Source: a virus (lineage: Duplodnaviria; Caudoviricetes). Taken from it: a stretch of DNA of 62,095 bases. This document shows positions 27,658-37,312 of the stretch, one piece after another. The stretch is taken from positions 1 to 62,095 of IMG/VR virus record IMGVR_UViG_3300030427_000031; one strand, 5' to 3'. Position numbers and translations under genes: made by a program. Position 1 is the first letter of the stretch. Every line of letters begins with the position of its first letter. The notes under the pieces were generated by a model, which made no database searches, had not been told where the DNA came from, and saw only the letters and a program-made list of their open reading frames with translations.

Positions 27658-27874
27658 CTTTCCTTCGAAAGATACAGTGGAGCGTCTCCGTAAGCAGTAT
27701 CCGTCTGGCACACGAGTAGAGTTGGTACACATGAATGATCCTTATTCCAAGCTAAGGCCCGGCGACCAAGGAACCGTGGACTTCGTGGACGACACGGGCA
27801 CAATTTTCTGCTCCTGGGATATCGGGTCCTCCCTCGGCGTTGTGTACGGAGAGGATGCGGTACGAAAGCTTTAG
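27650..27874 (+). CDS. DUF4314-like protein
   Basis: YP.GTRVEL..M.DPY...GTV..VDD.G...WD.GSSL. Confidence 0.7.
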   Translation: MNNFPSKDTVERLRKQYPSGTRVELVHMNDPYSKLRPGDQGTVDFVDDTGTIFCSWDIGSSLGVVYGEDAVRKL

Positions 27875-28010
27875 TGATATCTGTTTTGCAGAAACACACC
27901 CATAAATTGATGTGTTTTATCTCTCGAATTTCGCTTGCTATATAAGCCTTTTAGAGTGATATATGTACATGCGGAAAGCACAAAACATACACATTCAGGA
28001 GGAAAACCAC

Positions 28011-28910
28011 ATGTTTACAAGCAAATTCGGGATTGAGATTGAGTTTACAGGCATCACAAGAAACGAAGCGGCTAAAGTAGCTGCCGACTTCCTTAACGGG
28101 ACGGTTATACACACAGGCGATTATTACGACACCAAGAAGATAACGACCCGAGATGGACGGGTTTGGAAGTTTATGAGCGACAGCAGCATCTCCTGCCAAA
28201 AGAAACAAGGACGCCAGAAGGTAGCTGCCACACGCGATTATAGCGTAGAGTTGGTCAGCCCCATCCTAACTTACCGCGAGGACATTGAAACGCTGCAGGA
28301 ACTGGTCAGACAGCTTCGCCACGCCGGTGGATTTGCAAACAACTCCTGCGGAATTCACATACACCTTGACGGCTCAGACCACACATCGAGGAGCATTAGG
28401 AACTTCGTGAACATCATCGCCAGCAAGAACGACCTTTTTTACAAGGCTTTGCAGATAGCACCTGAACGAATGAGTTACTGCAAAAAGATGGATAGCCTCT
28501 TGGTCGAGAAATTAAACCGACACAAACCGAAAACGATGGAAGCCATCGAGAGCCTTTGGTACGAGGGCTACAGTGAAAGCACCAGCCGTCACTACCATTC
28601 AAGCCGATACCATTTTCTTAACCTGCACAGCTTTTTCACTGGCAACCATACGGTCGAGCTTCGAGGCTTCAACAGCGAGCTACACGCAGGTAAGATAAGA
28701 AGCTACATTGTTCTCGCTCTTGCTCTCAACCATCAGGCCCTCACACAGAAATGCGCCTCGGCAAAGAAACCGCAGGCTGAAAATGAAAAGTTCGCAATGC
28801 GGACCTACCTCAATCGCATCGGTTTCATCGGCGAGGAATTCGCAAACTGCCGAGAGCACTTGACCGCACACCTGGACGGCTCGGCGGCTTGGCGATTTCG
28901 GGCAGCCTGA
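28011..28910 (+). CDS. Putative amidoligase (COOH-NH2 ligase)
   Basis: FGIEIE, ELVSP, SCGIHIH, RYHFLN, TVELR. Confidence 0.85.
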   Translation: MFTSKFGIEIEFTGITRNEAAKVAADFLNGTVIHTGDYYDTKKITTRDGRVWKFMSDSSISCQKKQGRQKVAATRDYSVELVSPILTYREDIETLQELVRQLRHAGGFANNSCGIHIHLDGSDHTSRSIRNFVNIIASKNDLFYKALQIAPERMSYCKKMDSLLVEKLNRHKPKTMEAIESLWYEGYSESTSRHYHSSRYHFLNLHSFFTGNHTVELRGFNSELHAGKIRSYIVLALALNHQALTQKCASAKKPQAENEKFAMRTYLNRIGFIGEEFANCREHLTAHLDGSAAWRFRAA

Positions 28911-28945
28911 ACGGTTGCCTCGCAAAAATAAGGAGGACAAAGACT

Positions 28946-29395
28946 ATGAATAAAACATTCTATCTCGCCTATGGTTCAAATCTCAACCTTGAGCAAATGG
29001 CGCATCGCTGCCCCACAGCGAAGCCTGTCGGGCCGGTGGTTTTGAAGGACTACCAGTTATTGTTTCGAGGCGGACACGGCGGCTCTGTGGCGACAGTGGA
29101 ACCTTTTAAGGGCAAGACAGTGCCATGCCTGCTGTGGGAGATTACCCCGGCTGACGAAACGGCACTCGACCGGTACGAGGGTTTCCCATTCCTCTACCGA
29201 AAGGAAAAAGTCAAAGTCAGACTTGGAAAAAAGAACGTAGAAACTATGGTGTATATCATGAATGAAGGTCGACCGCTCGGTACTCCAAGCTGTTATTACT
29301 ACAGCGTTATTTTAGAGGGCTACAAGAGTGCGGACTTCGACATCAACATTCTAAAAGAGGCTGTCGAGGATTCTAAGGAGGACATAAATGGATAA
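28946..29395 (+). CDS. Gamma-glutamylcyclotransferase-family protein
   Basis: YLAYGSNL, RCP, LDRYEG. Confidence 0.85.
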   Translation: MNKTFYLAYGSNLNLEQMAHRCPTAKPVGPVVLKDYQLLFRGGHGGSVATVEPFKGKTVPCLLWEITPADETALDRYEGFPFLYRKEKVKVRLGKKNVETMVYIMNEGRPLGTPSCYYYSVILEGYKSADFDINILKEAVEDSKEDING

Positions 29396-29567
29396 GAAGA
29401 TAAAGGAGCAGATTCTCGCCATCCGCGCAACAGGTGAAACAAACATGTTCGATGTGCCGAAGGTGCAGGAAATCGCTATGAGAGAGGGATATGATGAGTT
29501 GCTTGTTTACCTCGCTGATAACACTGGTGCATATGCCCGTTTCATTCTGACAGGCGAAGAGAAATAA
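29388..29567 (+). CDS. 59-aa DUF5049-like protein (not in ORF track)
   Basis: EQILAIR.TG.TNMFD...Y..FILTG; AGGAGG RBS. Confidence 0.65.
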   Translation: MDKKIKEQILAIRATGETNMFDVPKVQEIAMREGYDELLVYLADNTGAYARFILTGEEK

Positions 29568-29678
29568 ATAACTAAACACAGGGAACAGTGCCGAAGATGG
29601 CTCTGTTTCTCGTACAGATAGATTTAGAAGGCTTGCTTAATGCAGGTCTATTTTTATGTTCGGAAGGAGGCGGCGGAT

Positions 29679-31283
29679 ATACGAAAACTCAAGAAATACA
29701 CACCAACCCGGTTTAAGTCGGCTGATTCGATCTACGATAAGTCATCCGCCGATTATGCCGTTGCTTTTGTTGAAGCCCTCTCACATACCAAAGGCACGTG
29801 GGCGGGAAAGCCTTTTGAACTAATCGATTGGCAGGAGAGGATAATTCGTGACGTATTCGGAACCCTGAAGCCAAACGGTTATCGGCAGTTCAACACAGCT
29901 TATGTAGAAATACCTAAGAAGATGGGGAAAAGTGAGCTTGCGGCGGCTGTTGCCCTGTTGCTCACTTGCGGAGATAACGAGGAACGCGCCGAGGTTTACG
30001 GATGCGCTGCTGACCGTAACCAGGCATCCATCGTTTTTAACGTTGCGGCGGATATGGTACGGATGTGCCCGGCGCTATCCAAGCGAGTGAAAATACTCGA
30101 CTCAATGAAGCGGCTTATCTATCAACCGACAGGCAGTATTTATCAGGTGCTTTCAGCTGACGTAGGCAACAAACACGGCTTTAACACCCATGGTGTGGTG
30201 TTTGATGAACTTCATACCCAACCTAACCGAAAGCTGTACGACGTTATGACCAAAGGCAGTGGTGATGCAAGAATGCAGCCACTGTATTTTCTTATAACTA
30301 CTGCCGGGGACAACCAAAACAGTATCTGCTGGGAGGTACACCAGAAGGCCCTTGATATCATAAACGGCAGAAAAAGCGACCCCACCTTTTATCCTGTTAT
30401 ATATGGGGCCGATCCTGAGGACGACTGGACAGATCCAAAAGTATGGAAGAAGGCAAATCCATCTTTAGGAATCACCGTCAGCATGGATAAAGTCAAAGCA
30501 GCGTTTGAATCAGCAAAGCAAAATCCTGCCGAGGAGAACAGCTTCCGGCAGCTCAGGCTTAATCAATGGGTGAAACAGGCTGTACGCTGGATGCCAATGG
30601 ACAAATGGGATGCCTGCGCTTTTGCAGTTGATCCGGAATTATTGCGAGGACGCGTTTGCTATGGCGGACTTGACCTATCAAGTAGTACGGATATAACAGC
30701 GTTTGTTCTGGTGTTCCCACCTGAAGATGAAGCGGATAAATACACAGTTCTAGCATTCTTTTGGATACCAGAGGATAACATCGATTTGCGGGTACGGCGT
30801 GATCACGTAAACTACGATGTGTGGGAAAAGCAAGGATTCCTACAAACCACCGAGGGTAACGTAGTACATTACGGCTTCATCGAATCGTTTATTGAAGAAC
30901 TCGGAACAAAATATAACATTCGAGAAATCGCCTTTGACCGTTGGGGTGCTGTACAAATGACGCAGAATCTTGAAAACCTCGGCTTTACGGTTGTTCCATT
31001 TGGCCAAGGCTTTAAAGATATGTCTCCACCGACCAAAGAACTGATGAAACTGACCTTGGAACAGAAAATAGCTCACGGAGGTCATCCGGTCCTTCGGTGG
31101 ATGATGGATAACATATTTGTCCGAACCGACCCTGCCGGAAATATAAAGGCGGATAAGGAAAAGTCGACTGAGAAAATCGACGGCGCGGTGGCAACCATTA
31201 TGGCGCTCGACCGTGCTATCCGATGCGGCTCCGGTAACGGTGGCGAGTCGGTCTACAACGAAAGGGGGTTATTGATACTATGA
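29679..31283 (+). CDS. terL: Terminase large subunit (probable ATA start; ORF-track ATG at 29640)
   Basis: PKKMGKS, FDELH, ITTAG, GLDLS, KIDG..A. Confidence 0.92.
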   Translation: MRKLKKYTPTRFKSADSIYDKSSADYAVAFVEALSHTKGTWAGKPFELIDWQERIIRDVFGTLKPNGYRQFNTAYVEIPKKMGKSELAAAVALLLTCGDNEERAEVYGCAADRNQASIVFNVAADMVRMCPALSKRVKILDSMKRLIYQPTGSIYQVLSADVGNKHGFNTHGVVFDELHTQPNRKLYDVMTKGSGDARMQPLYFLITTAGDNQNSICWEVHQKALDIINGRKSDPTFYPVIYGADPEDDWTDPKVWKKANPSLGITVSMDKVKAAFESAKQNPAEENSFRQLRLNQWVKQAVRWMPMDKWDACAFAVDPELLRGRVCYGGLDLSSSTDITAFVLVFPPEDEADKYTVLAFFWIPEDNIDLRVRRDHVNYDVWEKQGFLQTTEGNVVHYGFIESFIEELGTKYNIREIAFDRWGAVQMTQNLENLGFTVVPFGQGFKDMSPPTKELMKLTLEQKIAHGGHPVLRWMMDNIFVRTDPAGNIKADKEKSTEKIDGAVATIMALDRAIRCGSGNGGESVYNERGLLIL

Positions 31284-32527
31284 GTATGTTTTCAGGACTG
31301 TTCCGTTCAAGGGATAAGCCCCAAAACCGTGTGGGCAGCGCGTTTTCATTCTTGTTTGGCGGCACCAGTAGTGGCAAAACAGTAAACGAGCGAACGGCTA
31401 TGCAGACCACTGCGGTATATGCCTGCGTAAGAATATTGGCCGAAGCAATCGCTGGACTGCCTTTACATGTATACCGATACCGCTTGGATGGTGGGAAGGA
31501 ACGCATCGCACAGCACCCACTGTACTATCTTCTTCATAACGAACCTAACCCTGAGATGACTTCATTTGTGTTTCGAGAAACACTGATGAGTCATCTTTTA
31601 CTTTGGGGCAATGCTTACGCGCAGATTGTTCGAAATGGTCGTGGCCAGGCTGTTGCGCTTTACCCATTGCTACCAAACAAGATGGAAGTCGGCCGAGCTC
31701 AAAACGGCGAGTTGGTCTACACCTATTACCGTGATGTTGACGAAAGCGGACTAAAGCCTAGAGGCGGCTATGTCACGCTCCGCAAGGATGAGGTGCTTCA
31801 CATACCCGGTCTTGGTTTTGATGGACTCATTGGCTATAGCCCCATAGCGATGGCCAAGAACGCCATCGGCATGTCGCTTGCCACCGAGGAATACGGTGCG
31901 GCGTTCTTCGCTAACGGTGCAAATCCCGGTGGTGTATTGGAGCATCCCGGTGTAATCAAGGATATCCAGCGGGTCAAAGATAGCTGGAACAGTGCCTATC
32001 AAGGAAGCGGTAATGCACACAAGGTTGCCGTACTGGAAGAAGGCATGAAGTTTCAGGCCATTGGTATCCCACCGGAGCAGGCGCAATTTCTGGAGACACG
32101 GAAATTTCAGATCAACGAAATCGCCCGTATCTTCCGTGTGCCGCCACACATGGTGGGTGACCTTGAGAAGTCCAGTTTCTCCAACATCGAGCAACAATCG
32201 CTGGAGTTCGTAAAATACACACTCGATCCATGGGTAGTTCGCTGGGAGCAGAGCCTTCAGCAATCGTTAATCCTACCGTCAGAGAAAACGTCGCTGTTTA
32301 TCAAGTTTAATCTGGATGGATTGCTTCGTGGTGACTACCAGAGCCGTATGAACGGTTATTCAGTCGGAAGGCAAAACGGATGGATGTCTGCCAATGACAT
32401 CCGCGAGCTCGAGGATATGAACCGCATCCCAGCTGAGGAAGGCGGTGACTTGTATCTTGTGAACGGCAATATGCTCCCGCTTTCACAGGCGGGCAATTTT
32501 TATGAAAAGGAGGCTAATGGCCAATGA
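31280..32527 (+). CDS. HK97-family portal protein
   Basis: VYACV, PNPEMT, GNAY, GYSPI, SNIEQ. Confidence 0.92.
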   Translation: MSMFSGLFRSRDKPQNRVGSAFSFLFGGTSSGKTVNERTAMQTTAVYACVRILAEAIAGLPLHVYRYRLDGGKERIAQHPLYYLLHNEPNPEMTSFVFRETLMSHLLLWGNAYAQIVRNGRGQAVALYPLLPNKMEVGRAQNGELVYTYYRDVDESGLKPRGGYVTLRKDEVLHIPGLGFDGLIGYSPIAMAKNAIGMSLATEEYGAAFFANGANPGGVLEHPGVIKDIQRVKDSWNSAYQGSGNAHKVAVLEEGMKFQAIGIPPEQAQFLETRKFQINEIARIFRVPPHMVGDLEKSSFSNIEQQSLEFVKYTLDPWVVRWEQSLQQSLILPSEKTSLFIKFNLDGLLRGDYQSRMNGYSVGRQNGWMSANDIRELEDMNRIPAEEGGDLYLVNGNMLPLSQAGNFYEKEANGQ

Positions 32528-33225
32528 GAAAATTCTGGAACTGGGTGCGAGATGAAGCCACCGAAGAGCGCACCCTTTATCTCAACGGAGAAATCTCCGA
32601 CGAGACCTGGTGGGGCGACGAAGTAACACCAAAGTTATTCAAAGATGAATTGATGGCTGGCTCCGGTAATGTCACGGTGTGGATCAACTCGCCCGGCGGT
32701 GATGTTTTCGCTGCTGCACAGATCTATAACATGCTAATGGAATATACCGGAAAGGTCACCGTGAAGATCGACGGATTGGCAGCAAGTGCGGCATCAGTTA
32801 TCGCTATGGCAGGTGGCGATGTATATATGTCGCCCGTTTCTATGCTGATGATCCATAATCCTTCGACCATTGCTATCGGCGACAGTGAGGAGATGCTCCG
32901 AGCCAAAGCCCTGCTGGATGAGGTCAAGGAAAGCATCATCAACGCATATGAACTGAAATCCGGGCTATCCCGCGCAAAGCTATCGCATCTCATGGATGCG
33001 GAGACTTGGATGAATGCGAACAAAGCCATTGAACTTGGCTTCGCTGACAAAATCATGTTTGCGGAAGATGAAGATCGTATCCCTCTTGATACAGGGCAAG
33101 GACTTATATTTTCCCGTGCAGCTGTGTGCAACTCCCTACTTGGGAAAATACCCAAAAAATCAAAACCGAAAACAGGTACCCCCATAGAGTCGCTGGAAAA
33201 GCGGCTCTCTTTAATTTCACACTAA
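32524..33225 (+). CDS. ClpP-type prohead protease
   Basis: INSPGGDV, AASAAS, MIHNP, ETWM.A..A...GFAD. Confidence 0.9.
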   Translation: MRKFWNWVRDEATEERTLYLNGEISDETWWGDEVTPKLFKDELMAGSGNVTVWINSPGGDVFAAAQIYNMLMEYTGKVTVKIDGLAASAASVIAMAGGDVYMSPVSMLMIHNPSTIAIGDSEEMLRAKALLDEVKESIINAYELKSGLSRAKLSHLMDAETWMNANKAIELGFADKIMFAEDEDRIPLDTGQGLIFSRAAVCNSLLGKIPKKSKPKTGTPIESLEKRLSLISH

Positions 33226-33244
33226 TTTGAAGGAGGAAATTACA

Positions 33245-34450
33245 ATGAGTAAGATTCTTGAATTGCGCGAAAAGCGCGCTAAGGCTTGGGACGCGGCAAA
33301 GGCGTTTCTTGATACGAAACGTGGCGGCGATGGGCTACTGTCCGCCGAGGATACCACTACTTACGAGAAGATGGAAAACGACGTCGTCGCATTAGGTAAA
33401 GAAATTGAGCGCCTCGAGCGTCAGGCCTCTATCGACTTGGAACTTTCCAAAGCTACCAGCAATCCCATTACAAACGCTCCATCCAAAGGAGCTGAAGAAA
33501 AAACCGGTCGTGCATCCGCCGAATACAGGAAAGCGTTCTGGAATGCTATGCGTACCCGTGCAGGAGAAGGACTTGATGTAAACGTAAGAAATGCCCTGCA
33601 AATAGGTACAGACACCGAGGGTGGTTATCTCGTACCTGACGAGTTTGAGCGTACGCTGGTGGAGGCCCTCGAGGATGAGAACATCTTCCGTTCACTGGCC
33701 AATGTTATCACCACATCTTCCGGTGATAGGAAAATTCCAGTCGTAGCTACCAAAGGTACTGCTTCATGGGTCGATGAAGAAGGCATTATTCCAGAGAGCG
33801 ATGACAGCTTCGGTCAGGTGTCTATCAGTGCCTATAAACTGGCAACCTTGATCAAAGTCTCCGAGGAGTTGCTGAACGATTCCGTGTTCAACCTCGAAGC
33901 CTACATCTCCAAAGAGTTCGCAAGACGTATCGGCAATAAAGAAGAGGAAGCTTTCTTCACCGGTGATGGCTCCGGTAAACCGACTGGCATCCTTGCCGCT
34001 ACAGGTGGTGCCCAAATCGGTGTAACTACAGCAGGTGCTACAGCAATCACCATGGATGAGGTGCTCGACCTGTTCTACTCACTTAAGGCTCCTTACCGTA
34101 ACAGGGCTGTATTCGTTATGAACGATGCTACTGTAAAGGCAATACGTAAACTAAAGGACGGTCAGGGCCAGTACCTTTGGCAACCTTCACTTCAGGCAGG
34201 CACGCCTGATACCATCATGAACCGCCCTCTGTACACCTCGGCATATGTGCCAACTATTGCTGCGACCGCCAAGAGCATCGTGTTTGGTGACTTCAGCTAT
34301 TACTGGGTAGCCGACCGTCAGGGACGTATGTTCAAGAGATTAAACGAGCTTTATGCAGTCACCGGGCAAGTGGGCTTTGTTGCTACCCAGCGTGTTGACG
34401 GAAAGCTGATCCTGCCGGAGGCTATCAAGGTTCTCCAGCAGCACGCATAA
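33245..34450 (+). CDS. HK97-fold major capsid protein
   Basis: N-terminal coiled-coil, GGYLVP, LKDGQGQYLW, GDFSYY. Confidence 0.92.
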   Translation: MSKILELREKRAKAWDAAKAFLDTKRGGDGLLSAEDTTTYEKMENDVVALGKEIERLERQASIDLELSKATSNPITNAPSKGAEEKTGRASAEYRKAFWNAMRTRAGEGLDVNVRNALQIGTDTEGGYLVPDEFERTLVEALEDENIFRSLANVITTSSGDRKIPVVATKGTASWVDEEGIIPESDDSFGQVSISAYKLATLIKVSEELLNDSVFNLEAYISKEFARRIGNKEEEAFFTGDGSGKPTGILAATGGAQIGVTTAGATAITMDEVLDLFYSLKAPYRNRAVFVMNDATVKAIRKLKDGQGQYLWQPSLQAGTPDTIMNRPLYTSAYVPTIAATAKSIVFGDFSYYWVADRQGRMFKRLNELYAVTGQVGFVATQRVDGKLILPEAIKVLQQHA

Positions 34451-34463
34451 GGAGGGCTGACAT

Positions 34464-34679
34464 ATGAGTTATAGTTCAAAGAATTATATGGAACAGGGCG
34501 GCGAAAAGTGGATCATCGGTGGCACATTGGAAGTCCTGCCGGGAGCCTCGGTAACGGGGCTTCCTGCTGCAGAGAATCAGGCGGACAGCACGGCCACCGA
34601 TGTTGCTGGTCTGGTCACGGATTTCAATGCCCTTCTCACCAAGCTAAAAGCGGCGGGTTTGATGGCGGCAGACGAATAA
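34464..34679 (+). CDS. Small head fibre/decoration protein
   Basis: DFNALLTKLKAAGLM; position after capsid. Confidence 0.6.
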   Translation: MSYSSKNYMEQGGEKWIIGGTLEVLPGASVTGLPAAENQADSTATDVAGLVTDFNALLTKLKAAGLMAADE

Positions 34680-34701
34680 GGACCGGAAGGAGGCGGATGG
34701 C

Positions 34702-35019
34702 ATGACAACAGATAATCTTCTCCCCAAAGTAAAAGCGAACCTGATCCTGGCACATGATGCAGACGACGGCCTACTGCTGCATTACATCAAAGCCGCCGTC
34801 TCCTACGCGGAGAGCTACCAACATGTTGCTGAGGGTTATTACACTGAAAACACTATGCCGCCCACTACTGAACAGGCAGTAATCATGCTGTCGAGTCATT
34901 TCTACGAAAGCAGAGATGGCTCGACGGCTGGTTTCTTTGCCGATAGCGCGCAGGCAGGTCAACAAGTTTGGAACACAGTAAACTTGCTACTCCGCCTCGA
35001 CCGGGATTGGAAGGTGTAG
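34702..35019 (+). CDS. Head-tail connector (gp6-like)
   Basis: VKANL...DD.LL...AV.ML.SHFYESR. Confidence 0.8.
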   Translation: MTTDNLLPKVKANLILAHDADDGLLLHYIKAAVSYAESYQHVAEGYYTENTMPPTTEQAVIMLSSHFYESRDGSTAGFFADSAQAGQQVWNTVNLLLRLDRDWKV

Positions 35020-35022
35020 ATT

Positions 35023-35355
35023 ATGAGCTTTGGAAAGATGAACACCTTTATAGATATTATTGAGACCGTAACTATAAAAGACTCGGAGGGTTTCAGCACT
35101 GAGGCTGACAATATTGTTGCTTCCATCAAAGCATATCGGGAAGGACGGCACGGTACTGAAATATGGGCGAACAGAGCCGCATTTTCAGAAGCCACCGATC
35201 TTTTCCGTTTCCGCTGTATTCCTGGTGTCAATGTTACGACCGCAATGCTTATTGCTTGTGAAGACGGAAGATTTGAAATCACTTCGGTGGAGGACGTCAA
35301 AGGTCGTGGAATGTACATTGAAGTACTCGCCAAGGAGGTGAAGTCCAGTGGCTAA
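35023..35355 (+). CDS. Head closure/adaptor protein
   Basis: Size and synteny in the head-tail joining block. Confidence 0.7.
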   Translation: MSFGKMNTFIDIIETVTIKDSEGFSTEADNIVASIKAYREGRHGTEIWANRAAFSEATDLFRFRCIPGVNVTTAMLIACEDGRFEITSVEDVKGRGMYIEVLAKEVKSSG

Positions 35356-35779
35356 AGTAACTATGAAAATGCCGGAGGACTTTCTCCAGAAGGTTTCACG
35401 GTTGAACGATAAAACTGATGAAATTATCCCTCGTGTGCTTAAGGCTGGCGGTGAGGTTGTGCTTGATAAGGTAAAGTCTAATCTTAATTCAGCGGTTGGC
35501 CGTGACACAAAGTATCCTTCACGTTCCACCGGCGAGCTTTCGGCTGCATGGGGAATTTCATCCGCTTTACAGGATAGAGATGGCAACCATAACGTTAAAG
35601 TTGGTTTTTCCGAACCACGTCGTGATGGAAGCAGCAATGCAAAGATAGCCAATATCATCGAATACGGAAAATCGGGTCAACCGGCAAAACCATTCTTAAA
35701 GCCAGCGAAAAGCACCAGTAGAAAGCCGTGCATCGAAGCGATGAAAGCAAAGCTGGATGAGGAGGTAAATAGGATATGA
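35348..35779 (+). CDS. HK97 gp10-like neck protein
   Basis: TGEL, EYGK..QPAKPFLKPA. Confidence 0.75.
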   Translation: MAKVTMKMPEDFLQKVSRLNDKTDEIIPRVLKAGGEVVLDKVKSNLNSAVGRDTKYPSRSTGELSAAWGISSALQDRDGNHNVKVGFSEPRRDGSSNAKIANIIEYGKSGQPAKPFLKPAKSTSRKPCIEAMKAKLDEEVNRI

Positions 35780-36117
35780 GTCTACTTTCAGATTTGAGCG
35801 AAGTCCTGGAACCACTTAATATTCCTATCGAAACTGGTGTGTTCAGCGGTGTGCCACCTGACGAATATCTGGTCTTTACCCCTCTGACGGACATTTTTGA
35901 AGTTCACGCGGATAACCGCCCCGGCTTTGATGTGCAGGAAGTGAGGATATCACTTTTCTCAAGAGGCAATTACTTAGTGCGGAAAAGGCAGATCACTACG
36001 GCTTTGCTGAATGCGGATTTCACTGTGACTGAACGACGGTACATCGGACACGAAGACGATACCGGATATCACCATTACGCCATTGATGTGGCAAAAAACT
36101 ATGGATTGGAGGAATAA
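35776..36117 (+). CDS. Tail terminator/completion protein
   Basis: Synteny; EDDTGYHH. Confidence 0.6.
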   Translation: MSLLSDLSEVLEPLNIPIETGVFSGVPPDEYLVFTPLTDIFEVHADNRPGFDVQEVRISLFSRGNYLVRKRQITTALLNADFTVTERRYIGHEDDTGYHHYAIDVAKNYGLEE

Positions 36118-36120
36118 CAC

Positions 36121-36711
36121 ATGGCAACTATCGGTCTTGACAGACTGTACTATTCAAAGATAACCGAAGATTCTAGCGGTGTAGAGACCTATGCTGTACC
36201 TTCGGTGCTTGCTAAAGCTATTACCGCCGAGCTTTCGGTGGAATTAATTGAGGCGATTCTATATGCGGACGACGGTGCTGCAGAAGTTGTAAAAGACTTT
36301 AATAGCGGCACGCTCACCCTCGGCGTGGATGACATTGGCCCAACTGTCGCGGCAGATCTAACCGGAGCATCAACCGATGACAACGGTGTGCTGATCTCCG
36401 CCAGTGAGAATGTGGGTACACCTGTTGCTGTAGGCTTCAGAGCGCAGAAGGCCAACGGCACATATCGTTATTTTTGGCTTTATCGCGTAAAATTTGGCCT
36501 ACCCGCAACAAACCTGCAGACAAAGGCGGATTCTATCACCTTCTCTACGCCAACCATCGAAGGAACGGTTATGCGTAGGAACAAATTGGACGGCATGGGC
36601 AAACATCCATGGAAAGCAGAGGTCACTGAAGGCGATGCAGGCGTATCTTCTGCAACTATAACCGGTTGGTTCACTGAAGTTTACGAGCCTGTCTACACAC
36701 CGGAACCGTAG
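36121..36711 (+). CDS. Major tail protein (phi13-like)
   Basis: MATIGLD.LYY, LYADD, WLYRVKF. Confidence 0.85.
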   Translation: MATIGLDRLYYSKITEDSSGVETYAVPSVLAKAITAELSVELIEAILYADDGAAEVVKDFNSGTLTLGVDDIGPTVAADLTGASTDDNGVLISASENVGTPVAVGFRAQKANGTYRYFWLYRVKFGLPATNLQTKADSITFSTPTIEGTVMRRNKLDGMGKHPWKAEVTEGDAGVSSATITGWFTEVYEPVYTPEP

Positions 36712-36723
36712 GAGGATTGAACT

Positions 36724-37110
36724 ATGGATAATGAGAGAAGCGCAGCAATCAACATCGGCGATAAAGACTATGAACTGATTCTGACCACACGTGCGACAAA
36801 AGCGATTGCCGGTCGTTATGGCGGGCTTGAAAACCTCGGAGAAAAACTCATGAAATCCGAGAACTTCGAGATGGCCCTGGACGAGATCGTTTGGCTAATC
36901 ACACTGCTGGCAAACCAGTCAATCTTAATTCGCAACCTTAAAAATAAGAACACGCCAGAGGATTTGCTCTCCGAAGAAGAGGTGGAACTTCTCACTTCAC
37001 CGCTTGACTTAGCGGCATATAAAAATGCAATTACCGAGGCGATGTTCAAAGGTACAAAGCGCAATGTAGAAAGTGAGGAGGAAACTCCAAAAAACGTGGA
37101 AGTCGGGTAA
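36724..37110 (+). CDS. Tail assembly chaperone (gpG-like)
   Basis: Lies between the major tail and tape measure genes; ends with a slippery site. Confidence 0.75.
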   Translation: MDNERSAAINIGDKDYELILTTRATKAIAGRYGGLENLGEKLMKSENFEMALDEIVWLITLLANQSILIRNLKNKNTPEDLLSEEEVELLTSPLDLAAYKNAITEAMFKGTKRNVESEEETPKNVEVG

Positions 37111-37298
37111 CGGACGCTGAAGTCTTTACCCGGCTTCTTTATTATGGAACAGTTCAGATGGGTATGGATGCGGAGGAATTCTGGCTCATGCCAATCGGAC
37201 TGTTCTTTGATTTATGGACCTGCCACAAGCAATGGCACGGAATTGAAAAGCCGAAGAAAACCCGGACAATTGATGACATTATCCCGCCGGGTATATAG
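37089..37298 (+). CDS. -1 frameshift extension (gpT-like) of the tail chaperone
   Basis: A-AAA-AAC at 37089-37095; the -1 frame is open to TAG at 37298 (..EEFWLMPIGLFFDLW..). Confidence 0.75.
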   Translation, partial: KKRGSRVTDAEVFTRLLYYGTVQMGMDAEEFWLMPIGLFFDLWTCHKQWHGIEKPKKTRTIDDIIPPGI

Positions 37299-37312
37299 GA
37301 GGAGGTGAAGAT

